From IMG/VR virus record IMGVR_UViG_3300011871_000052: DNA of 64,000 bases. One strand, given 5' to 3'. The notes beneath the pieces were generated by a model. It was given only the letters and a program-made list of their open reading frames with translations. It did not search any database and was not told the origin of the DNA. Below, one piece after another: positions 16,662-26,321 of the stretch. Numbering within the stretch: position 1 is the stretch's first letter; the number at the start of each line of letters is the position of its first letter. Source of the DNA: an uncultured virus (IMG/VR IMGVR_UViG_3300011871_000052) (lineage: Duplodnaviria; Heunggongvirae; Uroviricota; Caudoviricetes). The position numbers and the translations under genes were made by a program.

Positions 16662-17738
16662 TTATTCTGCTAAAATTAGCACTTCTTGTGTGTTCTTTTC
16701 TGAAAGAACATATTGATAATCAATCTGATGTATAGAAACTTTTTTACCATGATATTTTAACTTATCTGTTAGATCGTTAATAGATGGAATGCCGTCAGAA
16801 CGATATGATACGGCAATTTTACTATCATTAAACTTAGAGAAAAGGTCATCAAAAGCAGAACCAATTTTCTTTTTATCTTCCCAAGAAGAAGGTAGTTTGG
16901 AAAAACCTTTATTTTTTAAATTATGATCTATTAGCCCTAACCAATTATCATAATCAGAAAGTCCTTCTAAGAAGTGATAGAAGTCTCTATAAAGTGTTAA
17001 TGTTCCAGTAGAAGGAATATAAGGAGAATCAATATAAACTAAATCTGGAGCTTCTGGTAAAGCAAGAGAAAGTATATCTTGATTGTAGGATGTATTATCT
17101 TTTTCGTTTGAAAAAATAGCTGCATTAGCTTCTGCTACGAACTTAATAAAGTGAGCAGAAAAAGGTTTATCCCAAGTGGCTTTATTGCCAAAAGAACGTT
17201 CAACAATAGCTGTTCTTACATAAAGGTTTTTTCTATGGAATAAATTATATGGTCTTTTTGAAAGGCATGATTGGAATAAAGCCCACATTAATATAGCTTT
17301 TTTATAAGGGTTTTCTACACGATGAATATTTTGAGTAACGATATCAAGCCAAATATTTTCGTCAGAAAGATAATAAATATCCTCAAAATGATTTGATATA
17401 ATATCTTTATAAGGGTAACCAGAATGTTTAGTTAAAACAAAAAGAATATCTTCTTTTGAAATAGTATGGTGATTATTTTCTACAAGAGCTTTAGCTGTTA
17501 TATAATTGGACAACAATAAATCATTAGAGAAAACTTGCTTACCTGATTTTTTTAGTGTGTATGAAACAGAGCTTGTTCCTGAAAAAGCATCTAATACAGT
17601 ATCATATTCAACTCTAGATAAAACGCTATCTATCCATTCCTTTAGTTTATATTTACTTCCCTGATATCTTGTTTTTGGAAATTGAGGTTTGACTTTTTTA
17701 TCAAGCAAATCAAGGTGGCGTTCATCGAATAAATTCAT
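16662..17738 (-). CDS. DNA adenine methyltransferase (Dam/FokI-like class) with DSPY catalytic variant
   Basis: RYQGSK, DAFSGTSSVS, YIDSPY. Confidence 0.8.
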   Translation of the reverse strand: MNLFDERHLDLLDKKVKPQFPKTRYQGSKYKLKEWIDSVLSRVEYDTVLDAFSGTSSVSYTLKKSGKQVFSNDLLLSNYITAKALVENNHHTISKEDILFVLTKHSGYPYKDIISNHFEDIYYLSDENIWLDIVTQNIHRVENPYKKAILMWALFQSCLSKRPYNLFHRKNLYVRTAIVERSFGNKATWDKPFSAHFIKFVAEANAAIFSNEKDNTSYNQDILSLALPEAPDLVYIDSPYIPSTGTLTLYRDFYHFLEGLSDYDNWLGLIDHNLKNKGFSKLPSSWEDKKKIGSAFDDLFSKFNDSKIAVSYRSDGIPSINDLTDKLKYHGKKVSIHQIDYQYVLSEKNTQEVLILAE

Positions 17739-17856
17739 TATTATCTCTCTTTTAATTATTAATAAGTATTTATATAATTTAAAACAAAAAAAAGCAATTT
17801 AAAAGGCTTTAGAGAAAAATAAGCGATTTTAAATTGCTAAAAAGAGAGTTGATTAA

Positions 17857-18045
17857 TTATTTTAAATAGATATGTTTATGAAATTTTAGGGATAGGGATA
17901 CAAGAATTTTTTTAACAACAAGAACAGTCACAAGAGAAGCAACTAGTATAGATGTAAGTTTTAAATCTATGAAGATTAACAAAACAGACAGAACAATAGC
18001 CATTAACAAAATGACATCAAAAGACTTTGAGATGAACCTTAACAT
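17857..18045 (-). CDS. small membrane protein
   Basis: two hydrophobic segments, AGGTGG RBS-like sequence; start uncertain. Confidence 0.5.
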   Translation of the reverse strand: MLRFISKSFDVILLMAIVLSVLLIFIDLKLTSILVASLVTVLVVKKILVSLSLKFHKHIYLK

Positions 18046-18165
18046 TTAACCACCTATTTTGATTATTGAGATACTATAAGTGTAATGTATATCTCAAAAA
18101 AAAGAAAATAGGAATAGTCCTGAAAAAATAAAAAAAGGTTATACGGAATAACCTTTTTGTAAATA

Positions 18166-18402
18166 TTATTTATGGTTGATGATATCATTAATGGGGTCAG
18201 TAAACTTTTTAGCTGTTTCTGGATCAAGACCTTCATTAGCTTTTGAATGTTTATATTTTTTATACCCCCAATAAACAAGGAATATAGGAGCAGCAACAAT
18301 AGCTACACGTGAACCAATAGTAATAGCAAGATCTATCAAGATAAAAGCGGCAATAGCAAGGATAACGAGTTTATATAGTTTTATTTTCTTCAGCATAAGC
18401 AT
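18166..18402 (-). CDS. small membrane protein
   Basis: two hydrophobic segments. Confidence 0.6.
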   Translation of the reverse strand: MLMLKKIKLYKLVILAIAAFILIDLAITIGSRVAIVAAPIFLVYWGYKKYKHSKANEGLDPETAKKFTDPINDIINHK

Positions 18403-18479
18403 TTCTCTTTTAAATTATGATTTATAGTGATAATATCTTTTTTATAATATAAAAGCAAAAAAATAAAAAGGAAATATCT

Positions 18480-18749
18480 ATGAAAAAATTTATTAAACTT
18501 TTACAAAAGGAGCGATATATTCATTGGGAAGTCTCTCCTTACGAACATGTTTTATTGTTTAAAAATGATAACCGATTCTTATTATCACATAGTAATAATG
18601 ATAATTTAGTTTCTGTTGTTTTTGACATAAATGAAGATGAAGTAGAGGTGAGGGAAGTTGATGGAGTAGAAATAGAAGCATTTGATTTTTATAAATTTTA
18701 TACTAACATGCAAGATTTAACAAGAAATATAGATGGAATATTAATATAA
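18480..18749 (+). CDS. hypothetical protein
   Basis: ORF with RBS. Confidence 0.65.
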   Translation: MKKFIKLLQKERYIHWEVSPYEHVLLFKNDNRFLLSHSNNDNLVSVVFDINEDEVEVREVDGVEIEAFDFYKFYTNMQDLTRNIDGILI

Positions 18750-18763
18750 AAAGAGAGGTTGGG

Positions 18764-20197
18764 ATGAATAATAGTAATCCAATATACATAAAGGCTGTTA
18801 AAAATAACATATTATCAATAGCTGTTAACTATATGGTTCCTCCTTTATATATATCGAATATAGACACTGACAAAATAAAAGCAGTATGGTCGAGATATGA
18901 ATTATTATTAAAAATGTTATTAGAATGTTCAACTATAGAATCCATCATTAATGAAGTAAAAGAATATGATGATTTTTTGGAAAAAAATATAGGCTCACAT
19001 TTATGGATAAATTATTTTGATTCCAATAGGGTTAAAGAATTAATCGTGGCTGTTAAAGAGTTTGTAGAAAATGAAGAGCAAAAACAAAGCTATTTAACAA
19101 GAATTAAAAATAATGTGTTGGGAACGCTTTATAAACCATTTGTGAAAAATCCTGTATTAAATCAAAGTGTGATTCCTGATTATGGTTATTTTAATGAGGC
19201 TTATAATTTCTGTCAAAAATATGGTTTAAATGGTTTATCATTCAGCCTACATGAGCCATATAATGAAAACTATTTCAAGGATTTATCACTTTTATTTGAA
19301 AAGTTTAAAGCTTATACTGGATATGAAAAAGAACAGCTTGGATTAAATAATAGTATTAATATAAGATTAAATAATACAAGAGATTTTAATATTAGTAATA
19401 ATGAAGATTCAAAAGAATATCAATCTCTTGGTTATTTTGTAGCCGATAGAAGTAATAGTCACATAACAGGTGATTTAACACTTATGATTCAATCTCTTAA
19501 TGATAATGAGCAAATATTAGAGGTTCTAATTCATGAACATACTCATGCTATGGATTTCTATATAGGGAAGCAAATACCAGACGTTGAGAACAACTTATTT
19601 AGTTCGTTAGATGAAAAAATAATATCTAAGTATCCGAAAATAAAAAATGAATACCGTAAATTGCTATTTAATGCATATAACTTTGATAACAGAGAAATCC
19701 CAACAGAGGAAGATAGCATGTTTATTTATTCAAAGGTTATAGAAAACTTAATATCAAGAATGTTCTCTCCTTTTTATAGTATTACATCTTATGAATTTAT
19801 GGAGCTAAAGCATAACAGTCTTTATTTGTTTAAAGATATATCTGATAGAATATTAGGTGTTGTAGACGATAAAAATAGTTATAATAATTTAAAAGTTTTA
19901 TTTAATCAGCCAACAGCTTTTATAGATGATATTGTACTTAAACATTTATCAGAGATAAAGGTAATCATGTTTAGTTCTGATATGAAATTAAAATGTTTTT
20001 ATTCATCCCCGACAAATCATGCTGAAAGAGGTTTTGATTCCTCTCCAAACCATTATGGTTATTTTTTATCTTTAGAAGAACGTTTAGCAAATGCAGTAGC
20101 TTTAGGTATTTTAAATAATAATCCAAAAATAAAAGAAAGTTTAAAAAAAATATGGAATGAAGTTAATAATATTGTAGAAAATAAAGATTGTAACTAA
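18764..20197 (+). CDS. protein with HExxH zincin-like motif
   Basis: VLIHEHTHAMD and downstream EERLANA. Confidence 0.55.
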   Translation: MNNSNPIYIKAVKNNILSIAVNYMVPPLYISNIDTDKIKAVWSRYELLLKMLLECSTIESIINEVKEYDDFLEKNIGSHLWINYFDSNRVKELIVAVKEFVENEEQKQSYLTRIKNNVLGTLYKPFVKNPVLNQSVIPDYGYFNEAYNFCQKYGLNGLSFSLHEPYNENYFKDLSLLFEKFKAYTGYEKEQLGLNNSINIRLNNTRDFNISNNEDSKEYQSLGYFVADRSNSHITGDLTLMIQSLNDNEQILEVLIHEHTHAMDFYIGKQIPDVENNLFSSLDEKIISKYPKIKNEYRKLLFNAYNFDNREIPTEEDSMFIYSKVIENLISRMFSPFYSITSYEFMELKHNSLYLFKDISDRILGVVDDKNSYNNLKVLFNQPTAFIDDIVLKHLSEIKVIMFSSDMKLKCFYSSPTNHAERGFDSSPNHYGYFLSLEERLANAVALGILNNNPKIKESLKKIWNEVNNIVENKDCN

Positions 20198-20249
20198 AAG
20201 CATTTTTTGTTATAGTTAACTTTTATGAAATTCTAAAGCTGGAGTAAAA

Positions 20250-21059
20250 ATGGAGCAAAAATATATTGATTTAGCAAATGAGTATGGTATTGATTTACGC
20301 CCTTCAAGAGAAGAAGGTTTAGGTGAAGTTGAAATCCATTCAGGTAAAATTAGAGTATCAGATTGGTCTGCTCCTATTGAAGCTTCTGATGTTTTAAATA
20401 TTGAAGTAAAAAATGGAAAATGGGAAGGAAAATCTTTTGTAGGTTTTAGTGATTGGAGATTTTATGATGTTTGTAATAACTATTTACAGCTAAAAGAACA
20501 TAAAGATAAAATTGACAAAAAATACAGTGATTCCTTTAAACAATTAGATCTTTTAGAAGCATCAGAAAGTAAAGATTTTATTCATTATAAGTTATCTATA
20601 GCTCAACGAGATGAGTTAAGAGAATTAAAAAGAGATTTAGGTTTTTCTCGTGATCCGCAATATGAAATTGAGAAATCACTTTTTTGCTCTATGAATAGTA
20701 TCGTTATTGTTCATGAGGACTATAAAGACCACGAGGCGTTTAACCTTGAGAGTTTAGAAAACTTATCATATGAAAAGTTAGGAAATGTAGAAACAAATGG
20801 TAGTGCTATAGGTCTTTTTGATTATGATTATTTTGTAGAACAAAAAGAAAACACTGAAAGTCTATCTGAACTTTATTACATTGCTTCAACAAGAGATCAT
20901 GAACTTCTTGAAACTCTTGGTCTTAAAAGAAAATACGCTGCCTCAAAAATAGAAAATTCAGGATTTGTAAGTAATACAGGTTTTGGTGGTGGAACATTTG
21001 AGGTGTATGTAGCAAGAAATGAAAAAGGTGAAATCATACTTATTCATATTAAATTATAA
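20250..21059 (+). CDS. hypothetical protein (DUF4241-like C-terminus)
   Basis: SGKIRVSD and TGFGGGTFEVY...GEII pattern. Confidence 0.5.
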   Translation: MEQKYIDLANEYGIDLRPSREEGLGEVEIHSGKIRVSDWSAPIEASDVLNIEVKNGKWEGKSFVGFSDWRFYDVCNNYLQLKEHKDKIDKKYSDSFKQLDLLEASESKDFIHYKLSIAQRDELRELKRDLGFSRDPQYEIEKSLFCSMNSIVIVHEDYKDHEAFNLESLENLSYEKLGNVETNGSAIGLFDYDYFVEQKENTESLSELYYIASTRDHELLETLGLKRKYAASKIENSGFVSNTGFGGGTFEVYVARNEKGEIILIHIKL

Positions 21060-21090
21060 TTAAAACTAAAACTAAAATAAAAAAGAGGCA

Positions 21091-21600
21091 TCAGCCTCTT
21101 TTTTGTTCTTTTTCTAAAAGTTTTCTTTTAAACTCTGCTCCCCATCTATAACCTGTAAGTTTTTTATCTTTATTAACTACTCGATGACATGGAATAAGGA
21201 TTGCTATTTTATTATTAGCACAAGCATTAGCAACAGCTCTATGTGATTGCGTATGACCTAAATATTGAGCAACTTCAGAATATGTTTCGGTTTTACCTGC
21301 CGGGATTGTTTTTAGATGTTCCCATACTTTTAACTGAAACTGCGTTCCTGTTAGGTGTAAAGGGACATAGTTAGGACCATAAGGATTTTTAATAACATCC
21401 AAAGCAGCAGTATCTATATTATTAGGCACTTCCTTTTCAGTAAATATCTCATCTGAAAAGCCTTTATATAATTCTTTTAGCATATCGGTTTTATTATCAC
21501 CTAATATTAAAGCACAAACTTTATTATTCTTTTGTGCGATGAGAGCACTACCTATGTCAGTATCACAAAAAATATAATTTATCATAGAATTTTTCTCCAA
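21091..21600 (-). CDS. ogt: methylated-DNA--protein-cysteine methyltransferase
   Basis: GTQFQLKVW, IPAG...TY, RAVANAC, IPCHRV. Confidence 0.92.
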   Translation of the reverse strand: MEKNSMINYIFCDTDIGSALIAQKNNKVCALILGDNKTDMLKELYKGFSDEIFTEKEVPNNIDTAALDVIKNPYGPNYVPLHLTGTQFQLKVWEHLKTIPAGKTETYSEVAQYLGHTQSHRAVANACANNKIAILIPCHRVVNKDKKLTGYRWGAEFKRKLLEKEQKRG

Positions 21601-21746
21601 ATATTAAGATATTTCTAAAATAACACGCTTTCTTAAGTTAAACAAAATTAAGTTCAATTTATTTGCTAACTGATTTTTTCAAAAGACTTTTAAAATAAAT
21701 AATGTATGATATATTCTATTCACTATAATGATCTTGAGGATATAAA

Positions 21747-22304
21747 ATGAAAAGAAATAATAAAAAAGGGTATTCCCTATTAGAGGTTTTAATAGTTATT
21801 GGAATTATTACCAGTATTATTGTTTCAGTATTTTATTTTTATCCCAAGCTAAAAAACTCTAATACAGTAAATATTGAAGTATCAAACCTAAATACAATAT
21901 TGAGTGGCATTTATGGAATATATAATGGAAATAACTACGATGGAATTAGTAATAAGATCCTTATTGAAGCAAAGATAATACCAAATACAATGGTATCAAA
22001 CACACTTTATAAAATAACAAATTCATGGAAAGGTGAAGTAATAATATCCGCTTACAAAGTGAAAAATAGACATTCTATGTTAAGTATGAAATATACAAAT
22101 ATACCTCAAGATCAATGTGCTTTGTTTGTAAGTTCTGTAGAGAAAAATTTCGGAGCAATAAAAACAGATGTATCCTACCTACAAAATAACAACCAGAAAA
22201 CATCATTTATAAAGAATTCATATAAGAATATGGATTTAAATATAGATAATGTAGCAAAAGGTTGTTCTGAAAAGTATAACAATATTACATTTTATACTAA
22301 ATAA
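21747..22304 (+). CDS. type IVb major pilin, PilS-like
   Basis: KGYSLLEVLIV prepilin site, NSWKGEV, NIPQDQC and C-terminal Cys. Confidence 0.8.
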   Translation: MKRNNKKGYSLLEVLIVIGIITSIIVSVFYFYPKLKNSNTVNIEVSNLNTILSGIYGIYNGNNYDGISNKILIEAKIIPNTMVSNTLYKITNSWKGEVIISAYKVKNRHSMLSMKYTNIPQDQCALFVSSVEKNFGAIKTDVSYLQNNNQKTSFIKNSYKNMDLNIDNVAKGCSEKYNNITFYTK

Positions 22305-22580
22305 TATATATTTCACATATTATTCACAATGGTATATTTTACTATATTAATAGTTTTTTATGTTATCAAAAATATAAGAAAGGTAATAAGCCAATATTAT
22401 ATAGTTTTATATTCGAAAAATATAAAATTGTATAAAATATATGAAGATATTAATCAGTTGAAAAAATAGGCAAAAGTGGTAAACATATTCTCAGTAATAT
22501 TAAGCATGATATTTAATAATAAAAAATATAGCATTATTTGTAAAGAAAATAGTTTATGAAGAAACTATTATTAGACTAAT

Positions 22581-22600
22581 AATGTGATGAGTATCACATT
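22581..22600. promoter_or_regulatory. CRP-type binding site
   Basis: aaTGTGAtgagtaTCACAtt, perfect TGTGA-N6-TCACA. Confidence 0.65.
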
Positions 22601-22623
22601 AATTATAATTTAAGGAGAATAAC

Positions 22624-22857
22624 ATGAAAAAAATAATTTTAGGTTTATCATTTGGAATAATGTCTGTTTTAGGTATGTCATCAATAGCTTATGCTGATGA
22701 TTCGTATTCTACTCAAAATACTACTGCAGAAAGCACAACTGTTTCAACTGATCAAGTGCAGAAAACAGAGTCTCCAAATGCTCCTGATGCATATTATGAA
22801 TATGGTTTTGGAGAGGTAAAAGCTGATGGACAATGGGTAAATGATAACCATAATTAA
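22624..22857 (+). CDS. small exported protein
   Basis: signal peptide ending AYA, AGGAG RBS, terminator. Confidence 0.75.
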   Translation: MKKIILGLSFGIMSVLGMSSIAYADDSYSTQNTTAESTTVSTDQVQKTESPNAPDAYYEYGFGEVKADGQWVNDNHN

Positions 22858-22987
22858 GTTAGTTAAAACACATAAAAAGAGCCTTTGAAGGCTCTTTTTT
22901 ATTTAAGAAAAAGCTTGTGCATAAAAAAGGAAAAGCGTATAATAGTCTGTATTAAATGACTTAACTATAAAAAATCTAGGATATAAA

Positions 22988-23962
22988 ATGAAAATTGTAG
23001 AACTGATGAAACAATCCGTAGCTAAATATGACCATAATACGAATGGTGATTGGGTAATCGCTTATTCTGGTGGTGTAGATTCTCGCGTAATGCTGGATGT
23101 TTTATCTTCTATTAAACCAGATGGTAAGAAAATCAAACTTCTTCATGTCAATCATGGCCTGAATGTTTTGGCTGAAGCTTGGGAGCATCAAGCTATTGAA
23201 ACAGCTAAAATCTATGGTGCTGAGATTAAAGTGGCTCATCTCAATATGAAAGATACTTCTGGTATTGAAGAAAAAGCCAGAGAACTTCGTTATGAATTTA
23301 TTAATGCTAACACCAAAGAAGGTGATATTCTTTTCATGGGGCATCATAAGAATGATAATGCTGAAACTATTTTATTCCGTCTTTTCCGTGGAACAGGTAT
23401 TAAAGGTTTAATGGGGATTCCAGAATCACGCATGATGGGTAATGCTTTATTGGTTCGCCCTATGTTAAATGTTCTCCGTCAAGATATTAAATCATACGCT
23501 TTAGAAAAAGGCTTACAGTGGGTAGAAGATGATTCCAATAGTGATTCAAAATACAGCCGTAACTTCATTCGTAATGAAGTACTTCCATTAGTAGGTAGCC
23601 GTTGGAAAGCCGTTATTTCTAATATTACTGCTTTAACAGAAAAAGCTCAAGAAGCTGAATCACTTCTTAATGAAATTGCTAAAGAGGATCTGGAAGCAAT
23701 TAAATTTGTAGATAAAGCTGGAGTAAGTCATAATGATATCCTTGATATGGACAAACTTAAATCTCTTTCAACTTCTCGTATGAAAAACGTTTTACATCGT
23801 TATGTTGAGAGTATTGATGAAGAAAACAAAGGAACTAAAAACTTTAATAACCTACTAAATGTTGTGTTGAGTGAAAATAAAAATTGTTCTAAACTAAGAA
23901 AAGTTCAATTTAAAAATGGTCAGCTACTGACAAATGGTAGAAAAATTTGGATTGAAAAATGA
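22988..23962 (+). CDS. tilS: tRNA(Ile)-lysidine synthetase, short form
   Basis: SGGVDS PP-loop, HVNHGL, ARELRY, GHHKNDNAET, RPML, DDSN...RNFIR. Confidence 0.92.
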   Translation: MKIVELMKQSVAKYDHNTNGDWVIAYSGGVDSRVMLDVLSSIKPDGKKIKLLHVNHGLNVLAEAWEHQAIETAKIYGAEIKVAHLNMKDTSGIEEKARELRYEFINANTKEGDILFMGHHKNDNAETILFRLFRGTGIKGLMGIPESRMMGNALLVRPMLNVLRQDIKSYALEKGLQWVEDDSNSDSKYSRNFIRNEVLPLVGSRWKAVISNITALTEKAQEAESLLNEIAKEDLEAIKFVDKAGVSHNDILDMDKLKSLSTSRMKNVLHRYVESIDEENKGTKNFNNLLNVVLSENKNCSKLRKVQFKNGQLLTNGRKIWIEK

Positions 23963-24450
23963 ATAAAAAATATGCTTTAACATTACCAATAAATGGAGTA
24001 GTTGAGTTTAAATTAACTGACAGGGGCTTACAGTATTTAAGCTCTTGGCAAGATAACAATCATAAAAAAGTATTGTTTAATAATTTTTTATGTGATGGCA
24101 AAACTTATAAATTGCCTTTCTCTGATTTATTAGCTGTATTTGGTCCAGCATTGTTTGTTGGAGCGTTTAATGTCATTGAGTCTAATGCTGTTATATTTGA
24201 TAATATAACATTTAACTTAAATGATAGAATTACGTTCAAATTAAACGAAAATGGTGAAGAATATTTAGATAATTATCTAAAAGAAGAGCAGAATAACTAT
24301 CATTTAAAAGATAAAAGAATGATCAAGAAAGATGATAATGGTCTGATGTTTATGACTCTACATGATTTTGCTCATACATTTTCAAACAAATTAATACTTA
24401 ATGAAGATATTGTTGAGGAAAATAGTTTGTTGAAAATAGAATATCAATAA
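23959..24450 (+). CDS. hypothetical protein with internal domain duplication
   Basis: ATGA overlap with tilS; two copies of N...FKL...G..YL pattern. Confidence 0.7.
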   Translation: MNKKYALTLPINGVVEFKLTDRGLQYLSSWQDNNHKKVLFNNFLCDGKTYKLPFSDLLAVFGPALFVGAFNVIESNAVIFDNITFNLNDRITFKLNENGEEYLDNYLKEEQNNYHLKDKRMIKKDDNGLMFMTLHDFAHTFSNKLILNEDIVEENSLLKIEYQ

Positions 24451-24513
24451 TAAAAAAATGGTTGTTTATCCAAATAATTTGATATTTAGAATAAAATGAG
24501 CTATATTATTTTC

Positions 24514-24828
24514 ATACTTCAAAGCCCTTTTCTGTGAATAGGGGAAGTATAAATAATAACATATTGATGGTGTAAAGGCAGCACACTTACAGTGTAAGAG
24601 GAAAAGAAATAAGCCAACTTTTAAGTATGTAAATGCACCTAGTGTGCAAAAAAGGATATATTAAAAAGTCATAATATATTTTTTGGATTTATAGTGTAAT
24701 AGGTGGCACGTCCTCCAATGGGAGTGAAAGATAGGGTTCAATTCCCTGTGATCATAAAAATAGTTTGGCTGTGCCAAATAATGATAAATATATCCAACTA
24801 AAAAAGGTCACCCAAGGTGGCCTTTTTT
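24514..24828 (+). ncRNA. candidate structured ncRNA with two degenerate tRNA-like folds
   Basis: promoter TTGATA-17-TATATT (24479-24507), several hairpins, two D-arm-like GTGT/GCAC stems, T-arm AGGG-TTCAATT-CCCT, terminator 24800-24828, no annotated ORF. Confidence 0.6.
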
Positions 24829-24873
24829 GCTTTCATGGTATATATCTGTATAATAATAAAAATGGAGGGCAAA

Positions 24874-25281
24874 ATGAATATAAAAAAGCAATATGACGAG
24901 CTGTGTCAGCATTTAAAAGAGTCTAATGTAGATATTGACCTTATCTTGATGAAATATTGGTTTTGTTGGAGTTGCCCTAAAAAAGATCTGCTCCCAAGAA
25001 GCCGTAAGATGGCATACCAATTGTCATGGATGTTAAAATCTCCTTTAATAAATGAAGGATGGTATTTTGAATTAAATAATGTCAGTAATGCTAATGAAGA
25101 ATCTTATGATGAAATAAGCATTATCAATGAAAAAAATGAAAATATTTATGTATTAAGTTATAGATATGATTTTGAAGAAAGTCAAAAGATCGATTTATGG
25201 TCAATAGAAAACAATTATAGTAAACCTTTAGTCAGTAATAATATAAAAAATATCAAGAAATTTCTTAAAATAGAGTTGTAA
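24874..25281 (+). CDS. hypothetical protein
   Basis: ATG after GGAGG RBS. Confidence 0.7.
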   Translation: MNIKKQYDELCQHLKESNVDIDLILMKYWFCWSCPKKDLLPRSRKMAYQLSWMLKSPLINEGWYFELNNVSNANEESYDEISIINEKNENIYVLSYRYDFEESQKIDLWSIENNYSKPLVSNNIKNIKKFLKIEL

Positions 25282-25339
25282 TTAATCCCCTAATCATCAT
25301 ATAATGGTTAAACACAGTTTAACTTAGGGGTAGGTATAA

Positions 25340-25471
25340 ATGTTTAATTCAATTAGTCATCGTTTTATGGCAGCAGCTCCACATAAACAACGTCAAATTG
25401 TTTTTGGTGCTTGCGCTCTGTTTTGGATAAGTATCGCAGCAGTAGTCTTTTCAGTTTACATATCTAAATAA
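25340..25471 (+). CDS. 43-aa single-pass membrane protein (weak YmiA-like ALFW motif)
   Basis: MFNSISHRFMAAAPHKQRQIVFGACALFWISIAAVVFSVYISK; RBS and terminator; below ORF-track cutoff. Confidence 0.7.
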   Translation: MFNSISHRFMAAAPHKQRQIVFGACALFWISIAAVVFSVYISK

Positions 25472-25589
25472 TAAAAGGAGCTTAGGCTCCTTTTTTCTTT
25501 CTATTTTAAAATAATACTTGTGCATTATCTACGTTTTTGATATAGTTACCTCATGCCTCAGTGAGGAATAATAAAAGAGTGAAAGGAAA

Positions 25590-26321
25590 ATGAAAGTATT
25601 AACGCATAAAGAAAAAATTGAACTGAATAAAAAAGGTGTTCTGTGGCATGGTACTACTGTAGAGAACGCAAAAAAAGTATTTAATCAAGGTTCTTTTAAA
25701 GCTTTTACAAGCCAACGTTTTTGGGATAATGGTATTTTCTTGCGTGAAGACCATCCAGATTATGAAAAATCCCATTTTAAATATGGCTGGTGCATGAGTC
25801 GTGATATTAACGTATCTAAAACTTTTGGTGAAGTTCTTTTTGCTTTTGAAAAAANNNNNNNNNNNNNNNNNNNNNNNNNNNNNNNNNNNNNNNNNNNNNN
25901 NNNNNGTTTTAAAGTTAAGCCATATGCTTGGAATTTCTGTTTAGTGAAAGAAAATGCTCATGCCAAGCAAGAGCGTGAAGAGTTTATTATGAGTGGTGGC
26001 TTCTTAGAATCCCTCCATGCTCATGAAGAAAAACAGTATCGTCTTGAAAAAGAAATGGATGAGTTAAATAATCTGCTATACAGTGGAAAACTGTCTATTG
26101 AAGAAGAAGAAGAGCTTCAAGAGAAAGTTAATGATCTCTATGATGAATGGGAAAAATGTAATTTTCATGAGAAACGTAAACAAGCTCATGGTAAAGAATT
26201 GCCTCTTGAAATGGCTACAGGCTTCTTCCTAAGAGTAAAAGATTATAACTCAATGGGTGCTTATCGTGATTTCTTAGATGAAATTGTTAAGCATGAAAAA
26301 TTCTTAGGTTTCATTGATTAA
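25590..26321 (+). CDS. hypothetical protein, possible ADP-ribosyltransferase-like fold (spans N gap)
   Basis: LWHGT...CMSRD...EREE. Confidence 0.45.
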   Translation: MKVLTHKEKIELNKKGVLWHGTTVENAKKVFNQGSFKAFTSQRFWDNGIFLREDHPDYEKSHFKYGWCMSRDINVSKTFGEVLFAFEKXXXXXXXXXXXXXXXXXXFKVKPYAWNFCLVKENAHAKQEREEFIMSGGFLESLHAHEEKQYRLEKEMDELNNLLYSGKLSIEEEEELQEKVNDLYDEWEKCNFHEKRKQAHGKELPLEMATGFFLRVKDYNSMGAYRDFLDEIVKHEKFLGFID

